A stretch of 64,000 bases of DNA from Candidatus Saccharimonadota bacterium (GCA_024635455.1 JAGXIU010000003.1:67966-131965), one strand, 5' to 3'. Positions 18,044 through 26,937 are shown, counted from the stretch's first letter. Program-made: numbers and translations. Notes: generated by a model from the sequence alone, not told the origin.

Positions 18044-18841
18044 CTATACACCAATGTCGCGTTTGTTATATCCGGTTACGCTTATGGCGTAAGCTAGCAA
18101 ACCAATAATTACAGATACACTTGCCTGCCAATAATCTAATCCGTACGCTAAGATGCTTTGCGCATCGTAGTAGTGCAGTAACGATATGTTTTGTAGCGGT
18201 TGGAGTGCTTCAACCAAGGGCGCCAACGTATTAGCGAAGTAGCTCACTACGAAAAGCACGGTAGTTATACCTATGGCTAATCCTTTTTGGCCACGGAGAG
18301 CACTTATCATGAATGATATGAGACCAAACGCCACTGCAACCAATGTAGCTGCAAGCGTAGCTGTGCCGACCCGCATAAGGCTTACTTCGAAATCAACTAA
18401 GAGGGTTGAGACTGCAATACCGAGCCACACCGCAAAACCAGCAGAAAAGATGGTCAGAAATACTGCCAGTGCTTTTTGGCGGACAATACTGCGCCGTGAG
18501 ACCGGACTAGCTAGTAATAGCTCGACTGTGCCTGAGCGCTCTTCCTTAGTGAGGGCATTGGCACCGTAGCCAATACCAAGGATACTGAGTAGAAGCGGTA
18601 GCGTGAAGCCATAGAGCTCAGCCCCTAAATAACCTGTCGGTGAAGTAATATCACCAATTTCACCCAGAAGCGCCTGAAGACCTTCAGGCATTTCCTCCGA
18701 TATTTGGGCAAATCCTTCAATACCTTCGATTGACGGATAGAGCAAACCGACCAGCAGGGCATAAGCAAAAACGCCAATTCCCCAGAAAATCATTGATTTG
18801 CGCCGCTCACGTAGGCTTTGTCTTAGGATAGGGTTATTCAT
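18044..18841 (-). CDS. ABC-2 type transporter permease
   Basis: Six predicted TM helices. I preferred the start MNNPILRQ at 18841, which overlaps the upstream ATPase stop (ATGAATAA). The ORF-track start at 18913 lies inside the ATPase gene. Confidence 0.75.
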   Translation of the reverse strand: MNNPILRQSLRERRKSMIFWGIGVFAYALLVGLLYPSIEGIEGFAQISEEMPEGLQALLGEIGDITSPTGYLGAELYGFTLPLLLSILGIGYGANALTKEERSGTVELLLASPVSRRSIVRQKALAVFLTIFSAGFAVWLGIAVSTLLVDFEVSLMRVGTATLAATLVAVAFGLISFMISALRGQKGLAIGITTVLFVVSYFANTLAPLVEALQPLQNISLLHYYDAQSILAYGLDYWQASVSVIIGLLAYAISVTGYNKRDIGV

Positions 18842-19730
18842 CGTTGTTACCTTCATAATAATGCATAAACATATCTTCGAGGTGAACTTCTTCCTCGCCA
18901 AAATCCAGCACATCGTATTCAGAAAGCGCTTGTAGGAACTTGTTCGGCTGGCCAGTAACAGTCATGCGAGCTTGGTTTTTGTATATAGATACCTCACTCA
19001 CGCTTTCTATTGCTTCAAGCTTGGATTGTTTCGGTGGTTGCTTGAACGTAACAATGTAGCGACGATAGTTGAGTCTATGACTTTCACCAATATCTTCAAT
19101 TGCAATCAGTTTGCCATCTCTGATGAATGCAGCTCGTGTGCATAGTCGTTGTACCTCTTGTAAGTTGTGTGAGGAAATAAATATGCTGCGACCGTCTTTC
19201 TGTGCTTCGTCGACAATGTCGTAGAAAACTTGTTGCATGAGTGGATCAAGCCCACTGGTTGGCTCATCCAACAAGATGAGGTCAGGCTTATGCATAAACG
19301 CTTGCATCAAGCCAATCTTTTGCTTGTTGCCTTTCGATAAATCTTTGATAGGTCGATCCAGTTGTGCTTTTAGCTGAGTGGCAAGCTGTTCTACGTAGTC
19401 CCAGTCAACGTTTTTGCCAAGCGAAGCTATATATTCTAGTAGTTCTTGACCGCTCATGTATCCGTACAAGGCAATATCACCAGCTAGATAACCAATATTA
19501 TGCTTGACAGCTACGCTGTCGCTCACGCTATCTTTGCCAAAGAGACTAATACTGCCTGACGTCGGTTTAATAAAATTAAGGATTGCTCGGATGGTGGTTG
19601 TCTTGCCTGCCCCATTCGGCCCCAAGAATCCGAATACTTCGCCGGGTTTTACTTGCAATGATATATTGCTGGCGCCGATTGCAGTGCCATATTTTTTCGT
19701 GAAATCAACTAATGTCAATGGCTGTTTCAT
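18834..19730 (-). CDS. ABC transporter ATP-binding protein (ABC-2/DrrA-like)
   Basis: Walker A GPNGAGKTT, signature LSKGNKQK, Walker B LILLDEPTSGLD. Confidence 0.9.
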   Translation of the reverse strand: MKQPLTLVDFTKKYGTAIGASNISLQVKPGEVFGFLGPNGAGKTTTIRAILNFIKPTSGSISLFGKDSVSDSVAVKHNIGYLAGDIALYGYMSGQELLEYIASLGKNVDWDYVEQLATQLKAQLDRPIKDLSKGNKQKIGLMQAFMHKPDLILLDEPTSGLDPLMQQVFYDIVDEAQKDGRSIFISSHNLQEVQRLCTRAAFIRDGKLIAIEDIGESHRLNYRRYIVTFKQPPKQSKLEAIESVSEVSIYKNQARMTVTGQPNKFLQALSEYDVLDFGEEEVHLEDMFMHYYEGNNDE

Positions 19731-19834
19731 AATACAAGCTTAATTATGGCAGATTTCCATGCAATTCTCTACTATTCATCGTGAGTTTTTCCTGCCATTG
19801 CTTTTTCGGTTGAAGCTGCACATACAAAGCTAAA

Positions 19835-19857
19835 GCGGCAGCCAAAAAAGCTGCCGC
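19835..19857 (-). terminator. GC-rich hairpin GCGGCAGC-N7-GCTGCCGC (possible terminator after the small membrane protein gene)
   Basis: Perfect 8-bp stem. On the minus strand it is followed by TTTAGCTTTG, so the U-tract is only moderate. Confidence 0.35.
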
Positions 19858-19931
19858 GCCACCAAGTTCGATGTTCTCTTCTGTTAGGCTATCTATCAGA
19901 GTAAACGGTAGCGGCGAGAACCACTTAGTAC

Positions 19932-20078
19932 TTAAGCGTTTTTCTTACCACTGATGATATTGTAGAGAAGCACAACAGCAGCGACCACTAATAGTACATG
20001 TATAAACCCGCCACCAATTTCTGTCACTATGCCAAGCAACCACAATGCCACTAATATAACTATAATTGTCCACAACAT
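19932..20078 (-). CDS. lmo0937-family small membrane protein (48 aa)
   Basis: My own translation gives MLWTIIVILVALWLLGIVTEIGGGFIHVLLVVAAVVLLYNIISGKKNA. It matches the MLWTIIVIL...GG.IH.LLV pattern of that family. Below the ORF-track cutoff. Confidence 0.6.
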   Translation of the reverse strand: MLWTIIVILVALWLLGIVTEIGGGFIHVLLVVAAVVLLYNIISGKKNA

Positions 20079-20182
20079 ACGCCTCGTCCTTTCGAAACAC
20101 TAGTTTGCCTATAGGCATTATCTATCATTTTTCATTGTGAAGTTGTGATTTTTATTACACAGATATGATGTGTATGAAAAGT

Positions 20183-21505
20183 CTAGTCGTAGTGGAGCTC
20201 GGTTATCATGCCCCCTGCAGCATGACCGAGGTCATGACAATGGAATAGCCATTCACCAGGGTTGTCGGCGATAAACTCTACGTCATACGTTTCACCAGGA
20301 GTCAGAGGTTGATTGTTTCGCAATTGGCCAGACGCACCTTCCGGAACTGGGTTTCCATCTATTGCGACTATCTCAAACTGATGGCCGTGCAGGTGCATCG
20401 GGTGAATAGCAGACGAGCCGCCGTTGATCATACGGAGGCGTACGCGGTCGCCCTCTTCAACGTTATATATTTCAGGGTTCGGATATATTCGTCCATTAAT
20501 CGGATATATTCCAGTTTCTTGACGTTCAGTTAGGAACACGTTGAAATCTTTATCAGGCGCAACGAAGTCCTGCGGCTCGATTATTAAGGGGCCAGCCAAG
20601 CCCATATCCATTTGTTTACCTTCATCGCCATGGTGTGAGCCATGTGAGTGATAGAGCCTGGTGCCAGCTGGCTCAGCGGTAAATTCATAGGTAAATGTTC
20701 CTCCTGGTTCGACGGCATCTTGCGTCAATCCCGGTACGCCATCAGCTTCATTCGGCACATCGACACCATGCCAGTGTACGGTGGTTGGGATTGGTAGTTC
20801 ATTTTTATAAATAACACGGACTTTATCTCCCTCGGTGACGCGAATCTCTGGCCCAGGTAATTGGCCTTCGTAGCCCCAGGACTCAAGAACATGACCGTCT
20901 GCGTATTCCCACATAAAGTGCTCTGCCGTCAGATGAAATTCCTTGACGCCATCCACTACGGTATATTCAAGTCGATCGACCGCATCCTCATGTGAGTACA
21001 CGGGCAAGTCACTTGTATCAGAATCTACAGTGTCAGCAGGAGGGTTTTGAATTGTTGAGCCACCGCCGGCAGTCACCGTCAGGACAGCCTCGTGGTTTGG
21101 GGCGTGAAAGCGACAGTACACCTGTACGCGATCTACTTCTTTTTCAAGTGTAATGGTTGTAGATTCTCCGGGATTAATAACCTGATCAAAATCGAGCGCC
21201 TCTATAGTAACTGAGTGACGAAGATTACCAACATTAGTAAACTCAATGACATCACCTACCTTTGCGGTTAGTAAACCACGCGGCAACCCAGAATCAATCT
21301 GCTCATAGTACATCTCTCCAACTTCTACCTGTAGCGTGACAGCTCCTTGTTCAGTCGCCTCATTGTCTTGCTCCGTCGTAAAAACAAAGTATGTCTGTGT
21401 TCCTAACGTAAGCGTCAAAACGAGCCCGGCCGTCACGGCAATTTTGACGAATCGGCTACGCTTTATCAGTCGGACGAGGTCGCTATTGAGAATTGATTTT
21501 AGCAT
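20183..21505 (-). CDS. Multicopper oxidase with an extra N-terminal cupredoxin (plastocyanin-like) domain
   Basis: All four MCO copper motifs are present: HWHG, YHSHGSHH, HPMHLHGHQF and HCHDLGHAAGGM. The N-terminal domain has H...YCRFHAPNH. I preferred the start MLKSILN at 21505 (signal/TM follows). Confidence 0.85.
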   Translation of the reverse strand: MLKSILNSDLVRLIKRSRFVKIAVTAGLVLTLTLGTQTYFVFTTEQDNEATEQGAVTLQVEVGEMYYEQIDSGLPRGLLTAKVGDVIEFTNVGNLRHSVTIEALDFDQVINPGESTTITLEKEVDRVQVYCRFHAPNHEAVLTVTAGGGSTIQNPPADTVDSDTSDLPVYSHEDAVDRLEYTVVDGVKEFHLTAEHFMWEYADGHVLESWGYEGQLPGPEIRVTEGDKVRVIYKNELPIPTTVHWHGVDVPNEADGVPGLTQDAVEPGGTFTYEFTAEPAGTRLYHSHGSHHGDEGKQMDMGLAGPLIIEPQDFVAPDKDFNVFLTERQETGIYPINGRIYPNPEIYNVEEGDRVRLRMINGGSSAIHPMHLHGHQFEIVAIDGNPVPEGASGQLRNNQPLTPGETYDVEFIADNPGEWLFHCHDLGHAAGGMITELHYD

Positions 21506-21539
21506 GGTTAGGTATTTTCCTGTATTAATAATTACATTT

Positions 21540-22325
21540 CTAATGATCGGTATGATCGTGTGTATCGACGCTTTGTGACGTAGCAGAGATAGCACTTTCG
21601 TTTGCGCTATGATCATCATCTTCTGCTTCGCTAAGGCTTACCGTTACACCAATAATTAGAACTACTGCAATCACGATTCCCATAAGTATTTCATTCAAGT
21701 GTGCAATCTTGGCCTTTTTTGGTAGCTCTGTGTTGTTCGACGTCTTAGGCTTAGCGCCGCGTAAGCTTGAGAAAAGAATCCAATAGATACCGATGTAGCC
21801 CGTTAGTACCGCACCAAGTACGAGTAATAAATAGACGTTCATTATGAACAAGTATGAAAAATCAGTAACCTGCATGGCAACACCTAGTATCAATACAGTG
21901 AACCAAGATATGCCTGATAACCCACCAGTTACTGCGAGGAGCCATAGTTTATTGCGGGTCTCGTCAGAGTTGAGCTCTTTATCAGCGTGTCTTTGAAGCA
22001 TTGGTAAGATTTTTTTATGAAACACAATGCCGTTTATAGTCAGAATAGTTACAATGGTCATCTTCACCCAAAATAGTTGACTGCCATCAGACAGACTGAA
22101 GTAATGCTGGTTGAGCGCAACTAGTGATATGCCACTCAAAATAAGCAGGCCTAACCCAGCAATCACGACCTTTGAAATGATTTCAATCAACTGCAACTGT
22201 CCACGCGTAATGGTTCGATCCCATATGCTGCGCAAGAACGTCGCATCGGTTGTCACGGCTCCACCTACACCCATGGCAATCCCAATAATGTGGGCAATCA
22301 GTACTGTTGGTTGTATAAATTCCAT
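21540..22325 (-). CDS. Polytopic membrane protein with a His/Asp-rich C-terminal tail (CopD-like role suspected)
   Basis: 261 aa with about 6 TM helices. The tail reads ...EAEDDDHSANES...VDTHDHTDH. Sits between copB and the multicopper oxidase gene. Confidence 0.6.
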   Translation of the reverse strand: MEFIQPTVLIAHIIGIAMGVGGAVTTDATFLRSIWDRTITRGQLQLIEIISKVVIAGLGLLILSGISLVALNQHYFSLSDGSQLFWVKMTIVTILTINGIVFHKKILPMLQRHADKELNSDETRNKLWLLAVTGGLSGISWFTVLILGVAMQVTDFSYLFIMNVYLLLVLGAVLTGYIGIYWILFSSLRGAKPKTSNNTELPKKAKIAHLNEILMGIVIAVVLIIGVTVSLSEAEDDDHSANESAISATSQSVDTHDHTDH

Positions 22326-22478
22326 GTTTATCTAAGCATAACCTTAATTCTTATTCAGAAGTATACACTATAACAATCTTGATTTTAAGTTTTCACTGTA
22401 GGTGATTGGTATCTACTTGAGATAGTTGCATGAATATGTATTTCTACATATATAATACCAGTGCTTAGTGAATTCTAT

Positions 22479-24515
22479 TTACAGTCGTGCCTTGCGTAAG
22501 AACTGAGCGTTCACTGCTACGATTATGGTAGACAGTGACATTAGGACTGCGCCAACCGCAGGTGCTAGTATCAGACCAAATCCGGCAAACACACCAGCTG
22601 CCGCGGGTAGTGCTATGACGTTATAGCCAGTCGCCCACAGAAGATTTTGCTGCATTTTACGGTAGGTTTTCTGTGATAGCTTCACAATCTTGCTCACTCC
22701 GCGTGGGTCACTTGACGCCAACACAATCCCAGCAGATTCTATCGCTACATCTGTGCCTGCGCCAATCGCAATTCCGATGTCTGCTTGTGTTAGGGCGGGT
22801 GCATCATTAACGCCATCACCTACCATCGCAACGGTACTACCATCTGCCTGCAACTGTTCTACTGTTTTTGCTTTGTCTTGCGGTAGCACTTGCGCAAAAT
22901 ATTCATCAATCTGTAGTTCTTTGGCAACCCAGCTAGCTACCGCCTCAGAATCACCAGTCAACATACTCACACGCATGCCTGATTTATGTAGTTCATTGAC
23001 TGCTTGATATGATTCATCTCTAATAACATCTGCCAGAGCAACGGCGCCAACTACTGATGTGCCTTTCACGACGTACACAACTGTCTTGCCTTCTGATCCT
23101 GCTTGCTCCGTACGTTTTTGTAAGTCTTTTGGCGCGTTCAAATCTTGTTGTTCGAGTAATTTTGGTCCACCAACGTAGACTTGTGCGCCGTCTATCGTCG
23201 CTTGTACACCACGTCCGGACAAGGACTTGAATGCATCGGCAGTCACCAGACTTAGCTGGTCCTGCTTTGCTTTGTCGACGATAGCTCGTGCAATCGGGTG
23301 CTCAGAATCTGACTCGACTGCGCCAGCCAGGCGGAGCACTGCTTCTGTGCTGGTCTTTTCTGTTGCGGACCACACGTCGACTACGCCAAGCTCCCCCTTC
23401 GTCAGTGTTCCGGTCTTATCAAACAACACAACGTCGATATTTCGCGCACTTTCTAGCGCCATCCTGTCTCGCACCAGCAGACCATTTCTCGCAGCTAAGC
23501 TAGTCGCAATTGATGTCACCAAGGGGATGGCTAAACCGAGTGCGTGCGGACACGCGATAATCAGTACTGTGACAGTGCGTTCTAGCGCAAACTGTGCACT
23601 TTGATCGCTCAACAGTAGCCAGCCAACCATCGTTAATGTGGCCACACTGAGCGCAATAAACGTCAAATAAAAAGCGGCTTTATCTGCTAGCTTCTGCGTC
23701 TTGGACTTACTAGCTTGCGCATCAGACACTAATCGCATTATCCCGGCTAGTACCGTATTATCTCCCGTATTCTTCACTCGTATACGTAACGAGCCATCGC
23801 CGTTTATGGTGCCACCGACTACGTCCTCGTCTGTCGTCTTCTTGATATTCCGAGATTCTCCAGTAATCATTGACTCGTCAACGTGGGACTCGCCACTAAT
23901 AATAACGCCGTCTATTGGGATATTAGCGCCAGGGCGAACCAATACTGTGTCACCTGTTTTTAGTGAATCTACTGAGACGGTTTTCGTTGACTCACCTTCG
24001 ACCAGCTCTGCTTCATCGGGGAGAAGCTTGGCAAGTTCTTGAAGTGCATTTTGTGCGCTTTGGATTGAACGCATCTCCATCCAGTGACCAAATAACATAA
24101 TAGTTATCAGGCTCGCTAACTCCCAGAAGAATTCCACCCCTTCCAGGAAGAACATGGTTGCGAAGCTATAGCCAAACGCCACCACAATAGCGAGGGATAT
24201 CAATGTCATCATGCCGGGGGCACGGTCTTTTATCTCAGCAACCGCCCCTTTAACGAACACCCAGCCTCCATAGAAGAAGATGATTGTACCGAGTATCGCG
24301 GGGAGCCAATAGCTCCCAGGAAACGCAGGCATCTCAAATCCTAATAAGTCTTGGATGAGGCTCGAATACAGCACGACCGGAATTGTCAGTGCAAAGCTCA
24401 GCCAAAACTTACGTCGGAACATATCTGGACTGTGGCTTTCATGATTGTCGTGCCCTTCATGACTATCATGATCGGCGTTACTATGGTTGTGTGTATGCTC
24501 GTCGTGACTGTGCAT
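22479..24515 (-). CDS. copB: Copper-transporting P1B-type ATPase, CopB-like (CPH motif, His-rich N-terminus)
   Basis: 678 aa. N-terminus MHSHDEHTHNHSNADHDSHEGHDNHESH, TM CPH motif (IIACPHALG), DKTGTLT, TGES and GDGVNDAP. Confidence 0.9.
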   Translation of the reverse strand: MHSHDEHTHNHSNADHDSHEGHDNHESHSPDMFRRKFWLSFALTIPVVLYSSLIQDLLGFEMPAFPGSYWLPAILGTIIFFYGGWVFVKGAVAEIKDRAPGMMTLISLAIVVAFGYSFATMFFLEGVEFFWELASLITIMLFGHWMEMRSIQSAQNALQELAKLLPDEAELVEGESTKTVSVDSLKTGDTVLVRPGANIPIDGVIISGESHVDESMITGESRNIKKTTDEDVVGGTINGDGSLRIRVKNTGDNTVLAGIMRLVSDAQASKSKTQKLADKAAFYLTFIALSVATLTMVGWLLLSDQSAQFALERTVTVLIIACPHALGLAIPLVTSIATSLAARNGLLVRDRMALESARNIDVVLFDKTGTLTKGELGVVDVWSATEKTSTEAVLRLAGAVESDSEHPIARAIVDKAKQDQLSLVTADAFKSLSGRGVQATIDGAQVYVGGPKLLEQQDLNAPKDLQKRTEQAGSEGKTVVYVVKGTSVVGAVALADVIRDESYQAVNELHKSGMRVSMLTGDSEAVASWVAKELQIDEYFAQVLPQDKAKTVEQLQADGSTVAMVGDGVNDAPALTQADIGIAIGAGTDVAIESAGIVLASSDPRGVSKIVKLSQKTYRKMQQNLLWATGYNVIALPAAAGVFAGFGLILAPAVGAVLMSLSTIIVAVNAQFLRKARL

Positions 24516-24773
24516 TTATCTGGCTAGCTCCTTTATTATTTCTTCAAACTCCTTTTTCGTGATCTCGCCCTTTGCGTAACGTTCTTTCGCGATGTCTTCT
24601 GGTTTGCCGCGCTTTGACTCCTCACCCTGCTGGCTCCAGCGAAACAGAAACCAGGCCATGGCCGATACTGCAATTACCCAAAATACCATCCAAAAAAACA
24701 TACCAAAACCTGTTTCTTCGCCCCACATGTGTCCTCCGCCGGTGTATGTATCAGCGTGTGAAAAATAGTTCAT
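24516..24773 (-). CDS. Small membrane protein with a C-terminal SHOCT domain
   Basis: C-terminus KERYAKGEITKKEFEEIIKELAR. The start at 24773 has a perfect AAGGAGG SD. Its stop directly abuts the copB ATG. Confidence 0.7.
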   Translation of the reverse strand: MNYFSHADTYTGGGHMWGEETGFGMFFWMVFWVIAVSAMAWFLFRWSQQGEESKRGKPEDIAKERYAKGEITKKEFEEIIKELAR

Positions 24774-24850
24774 AAGACCTCCTTTTATGTAAACTGCCTG
24801 CAATTATATTTCGTAGAACTTTACCTGAACCTATCTGGGCAACATCCGGT

Positions 24851-25366
24851 TCACTCACGCCTCCTGTAGCTTGCCTTGCTTGCCGGTATATTTTGTGCGG
24901 GATTTTGTTCGAATTTGTCTTTGCAGCCGGCAGCACAGAAATAAAAAACCTCGCCATCAACAGTCAGCTTTTCTGAACTCTCTGATAGTGCCATGCGCAT
25001 ACCACACACAACATCTTGCACTAGCGGGTACAAGCTGTCTGGATCTTGGTTCAACGGATTCTCTTTTGGTGCACCGTCCTGTTCGATTAAGAACTGCCGT
25101 ATAAGGCTGCACGCTTGAGCAATCTTTGGGTTACTAAGGTGATAATGTACGGTAGTGCCGTCGCGACGTGTTTCGACGACACCCGATTGACGCAACAAGC
25201 CAAGGTGTTGTGAAACATTGGATTGCGGGATTCCAAGCATGTTCACCATTTGGTTCACTGACAATTCACCGTGCGTCAGTAGTTGAATAATCTCCAACCG
25301 CTTTTGGTTGGCGATAACTTTGAAAATACTTTCTTGGTCGTGGAATAGTGCTTCATACATATACAA
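24851..25366 (-). CDS. ArsR/SmtB-family regulator fused to a C-terminal TRASH/YHS-type metal-binding domain
   Basis: wHTH: QKRLEIIQLLTHGELSVNQMVNMLGIPQSNVSQHLGLLRQSGVV. The C-terminus has C-x22-C-x3-C (CGMRM...VFYFCAAGC), an exact TRASH spacing. Confidence 0.8.
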   Translation of the reverse strand: MYMYEALFHDQESIFKVIANQKRLEIIQLLTHGELSVNQMVNMLGIPQSNVSQHLGLLRQSGVVETRRDGTTVHYHLSNPKIAQACSLIRQFLIEQDGAPKENPLNQDPDSLYPLVQDVVCGMRMALSESSEKLTVDGEVFYFCAAGCKDKFEQNPAQNIPASKASYRRRE

Positions 25367-25379
25367 AGTGTAGCATACA

Positions 25380-25397
25380 TATTCAAATATTAGAATA
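25380..25397. promoter_or_regulatory. Inverted repeat TATTC-N8-GAATA in the divergent promoter region (candidate ArsR-type operator)
   Basis: Lies between the divergently transcribed ArsR-TRASH and DUF411 genes. The arms are short and AT-rich, so this is weak evidence. Confidence 0.2.
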
Positions 25398-25470
25398 CTT
25401 GCATATAGATTTATATGGTGCTATTATCCGTAAGATTAGATACATAAGCGTTAGAAAGGCATCCAAATAC

Positions 25471-25965
25471 ATGAAAACATCAAAGTTTATGATAGTGATA
25501 GCAATACTATCTGTAACACTAGTAACCGGTCTGTTTATGACACGCTCTGAGCGCGGTCCAATGCCGTGGCACACCAACGATGCCGGCACAGAACATCAAT
25601 TAACCGCTTATATGTCCCCTACATGTGGCTGTTGCCCAATACATGCAGGTTACTTGAAGAATCAAGGCTATCAAGTAAAGACAGAGTTAACAGAGGACAT
25701 GGAGCAAGTTAAACAGCGCTTTGGTGTTCCTGAGGAGCTTTTCTCCTGTCATACAACGGTTGTAAACGATGGTCAGTATTTCATCGAGGGCCACATTCCG
25801 GTCGAGGCGATTGACGAGTTGCTCAAGTCAGAGCCAGCAATTTCCGGAATCGGCATGCCTGGTATGCCGTCAGGTTCGCCCGGTATGCCAGGGCCAAAGA
25901 ATGGATTGTTTGAGGTAATGCAGCTCGACAACGACGACCAACTTAAACTATTCATGAGCGTATAA
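25471..25965 (+). CDS. DUF411 (CopG-like) extracytoplasmic copper-binding protein
   Basis: Signal peptide, CGCCP motif, ...SCHTTVVNDGQYFIEGHIPVEAI..., and a Met/Pro/Gly tail GMPGMPSGSPGMPGP. ATG at 25471. Confidence 0.8.
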   Translation: MKTSKFMIVIAILSVTLVTGLFMTRSERGPMPWHTNDAGTEHQLTAYMSPTCGCCPIHAGYLKNQGYQVKTELTEDMEQVKQRFGVPEELFSCHTTVVNDGQYFIEGHIPVEAIDELLKSEPAISGIGMPGMPSGSPGMPGPKNGLFEVMQLDNDDQLKLFMSV

Positions 25966-25967
25966 CA

Positions 25968-26501
25968 ATGAAAAAACTCTCTCTATTCTTTATACTGCTC
26001 ACCGCGTTTGTCATTGTTCCGCAAAAGGTTTTTGCCCACTGTCCGCTCTGTACGGCAGGGGCTGGAGTGATTGCCGCTGTCGCTTTGGCTATCGGCGTCA
26101 AGATTGAAGTGGTCGGCATTTTGGTGGGAGCTTTTGCCGCTGCTCTTGGATTCTACCTTGCAAATCGTGTCAAAAGACAGCGCTTTCGTGGGCAAAAATG
26201 GGTTATCGTCGTTGCGGTGTTCCTGGTAACGATTGTACCAATGTTGCCATTCATGTATGCAGAGCCCTATCCACTCGTCATCTATTGGTTTGGTGAGCTG
26301 GGGTCACTATTCAATAGTGTTTACCTGATTGATCGATTTATTGTCGGGTCCATTACTGGTGCTATTGCCATGGCTCTTTCGCCAAAATTAAGTGAAGCAC
26401 TAACGAAGTGGCGCAGCGATAAGCGCTACCCCTACCAGAGCCTTACGGTCACCCTTTCACTGCTCATCGTACTAGCTTTAATTATTCAGTTCTTGGTCTA
26501 G
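25968..26501 (+). CDS. Membrane protein with an N-terminal extracytoplasmic HCPLC (CxxC) motif (unknown function)
   Basis: 177 aa. Signal peptide ending VFAHCPLCTAGAG, then about 4 TM helices. Starts 2 nt after the DUF411 stop. Confidence 0.6.
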   Translation: MKKLSLFFILLTAFVIVPQKVFAHCPLCTAGAGVIAAVALAIGVKIEVVGILVGAFAAALGFYLANRVKRQRFRGQKWVIVVAVFLVTIVPMLPFMYAEPYPLVIYWFGELGSLFNSVYLIDRFIVGSITGAIAMALSPKLSEALTKWRSDKRYPYQSLTVTLSLLIVLALIIQFLV

Positions 26502-26505
26502 CCTT

Positions 26506-26937
26506 ATGGAGTTGATGTACATATTCCTGGCTATTATTGGCTTGTTCGCCGGTCTATTGATTGCAAAGCATCTTATCTCTCTGCGTTTTTGTGTAATGTG
26601 TCTGAGTGTAAGTATTACCTGGCTGATTCTACTGATACTGTATTGGACGGGAATATTCCATAACCCTACCCTGCTCGCGCTGCTTATGGGTCAGAGCATT
26701 GTTGGCGTGTACTATCTTGCAGAAAAGAAACTACCAGAAAAGTATATGATTTTTCGGGTGGCCGGGTTGTTAACAATGACGTATGCCGCGTATGTGGCAT
26801 TGACGGGCTTTGACGTTGCTGCAGCGTTTTTGATCATCGTGCTGTGGCTTGGCAGCAGCCTGCTCTATGCGTACCGAAATTCACCACACATTAAATCAAC
26901 CGTTGACCATATCGTCGCGTGTTGCCGTGACTGGTAA
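26506..26937 (+). CDS. 4-TM membrane protein with an intramembrane CxxC (FCVMCL) and a C-terminal CC (unknown function)
   Basis: 143 aa. Starts 4 nt after the previous stop. C-terminus ...VDHIVACCRDW. Confidence 0.55.
   Translation: MELMYIFLAIIGLFAGLLIAKHLISLRFCVMCLSVSITWLILLILYWTGIFHNPTLLALLMGQSIVGVYYLAEKKLPEKYMIFRVAGLLTMTYAAYVALTGFDVAAAFLIIVLWLGSSLLYAYRNSPHIKSTVDHIVACCRDW

Noticed and set aside
18842-18913. N-terminal extensions in the ORF track (also 21506..21619, 25348..25470, 30975..31079, 59041..59070, 63018..63098, 38051..38074, 24774..24803)
   Set aside because: The extensions overlap upstream genes or lack an SD. Internal ATGs have good SDs, signal peptides or stop-start coupling, so the shorter gene models were used.
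20106-20117. 12-bp perfect palindrome TGCCTATAGGCA, and TACACA-N7-TGTGTA downstream of the oxidase gene, as possible CsoR/CopY operators
   Set aside because: About 15 perfect 12-bp palindromes are expected by chance in 64 kb. Neither matches the cop box (TACAnnTGTA) or known CsoR sites.
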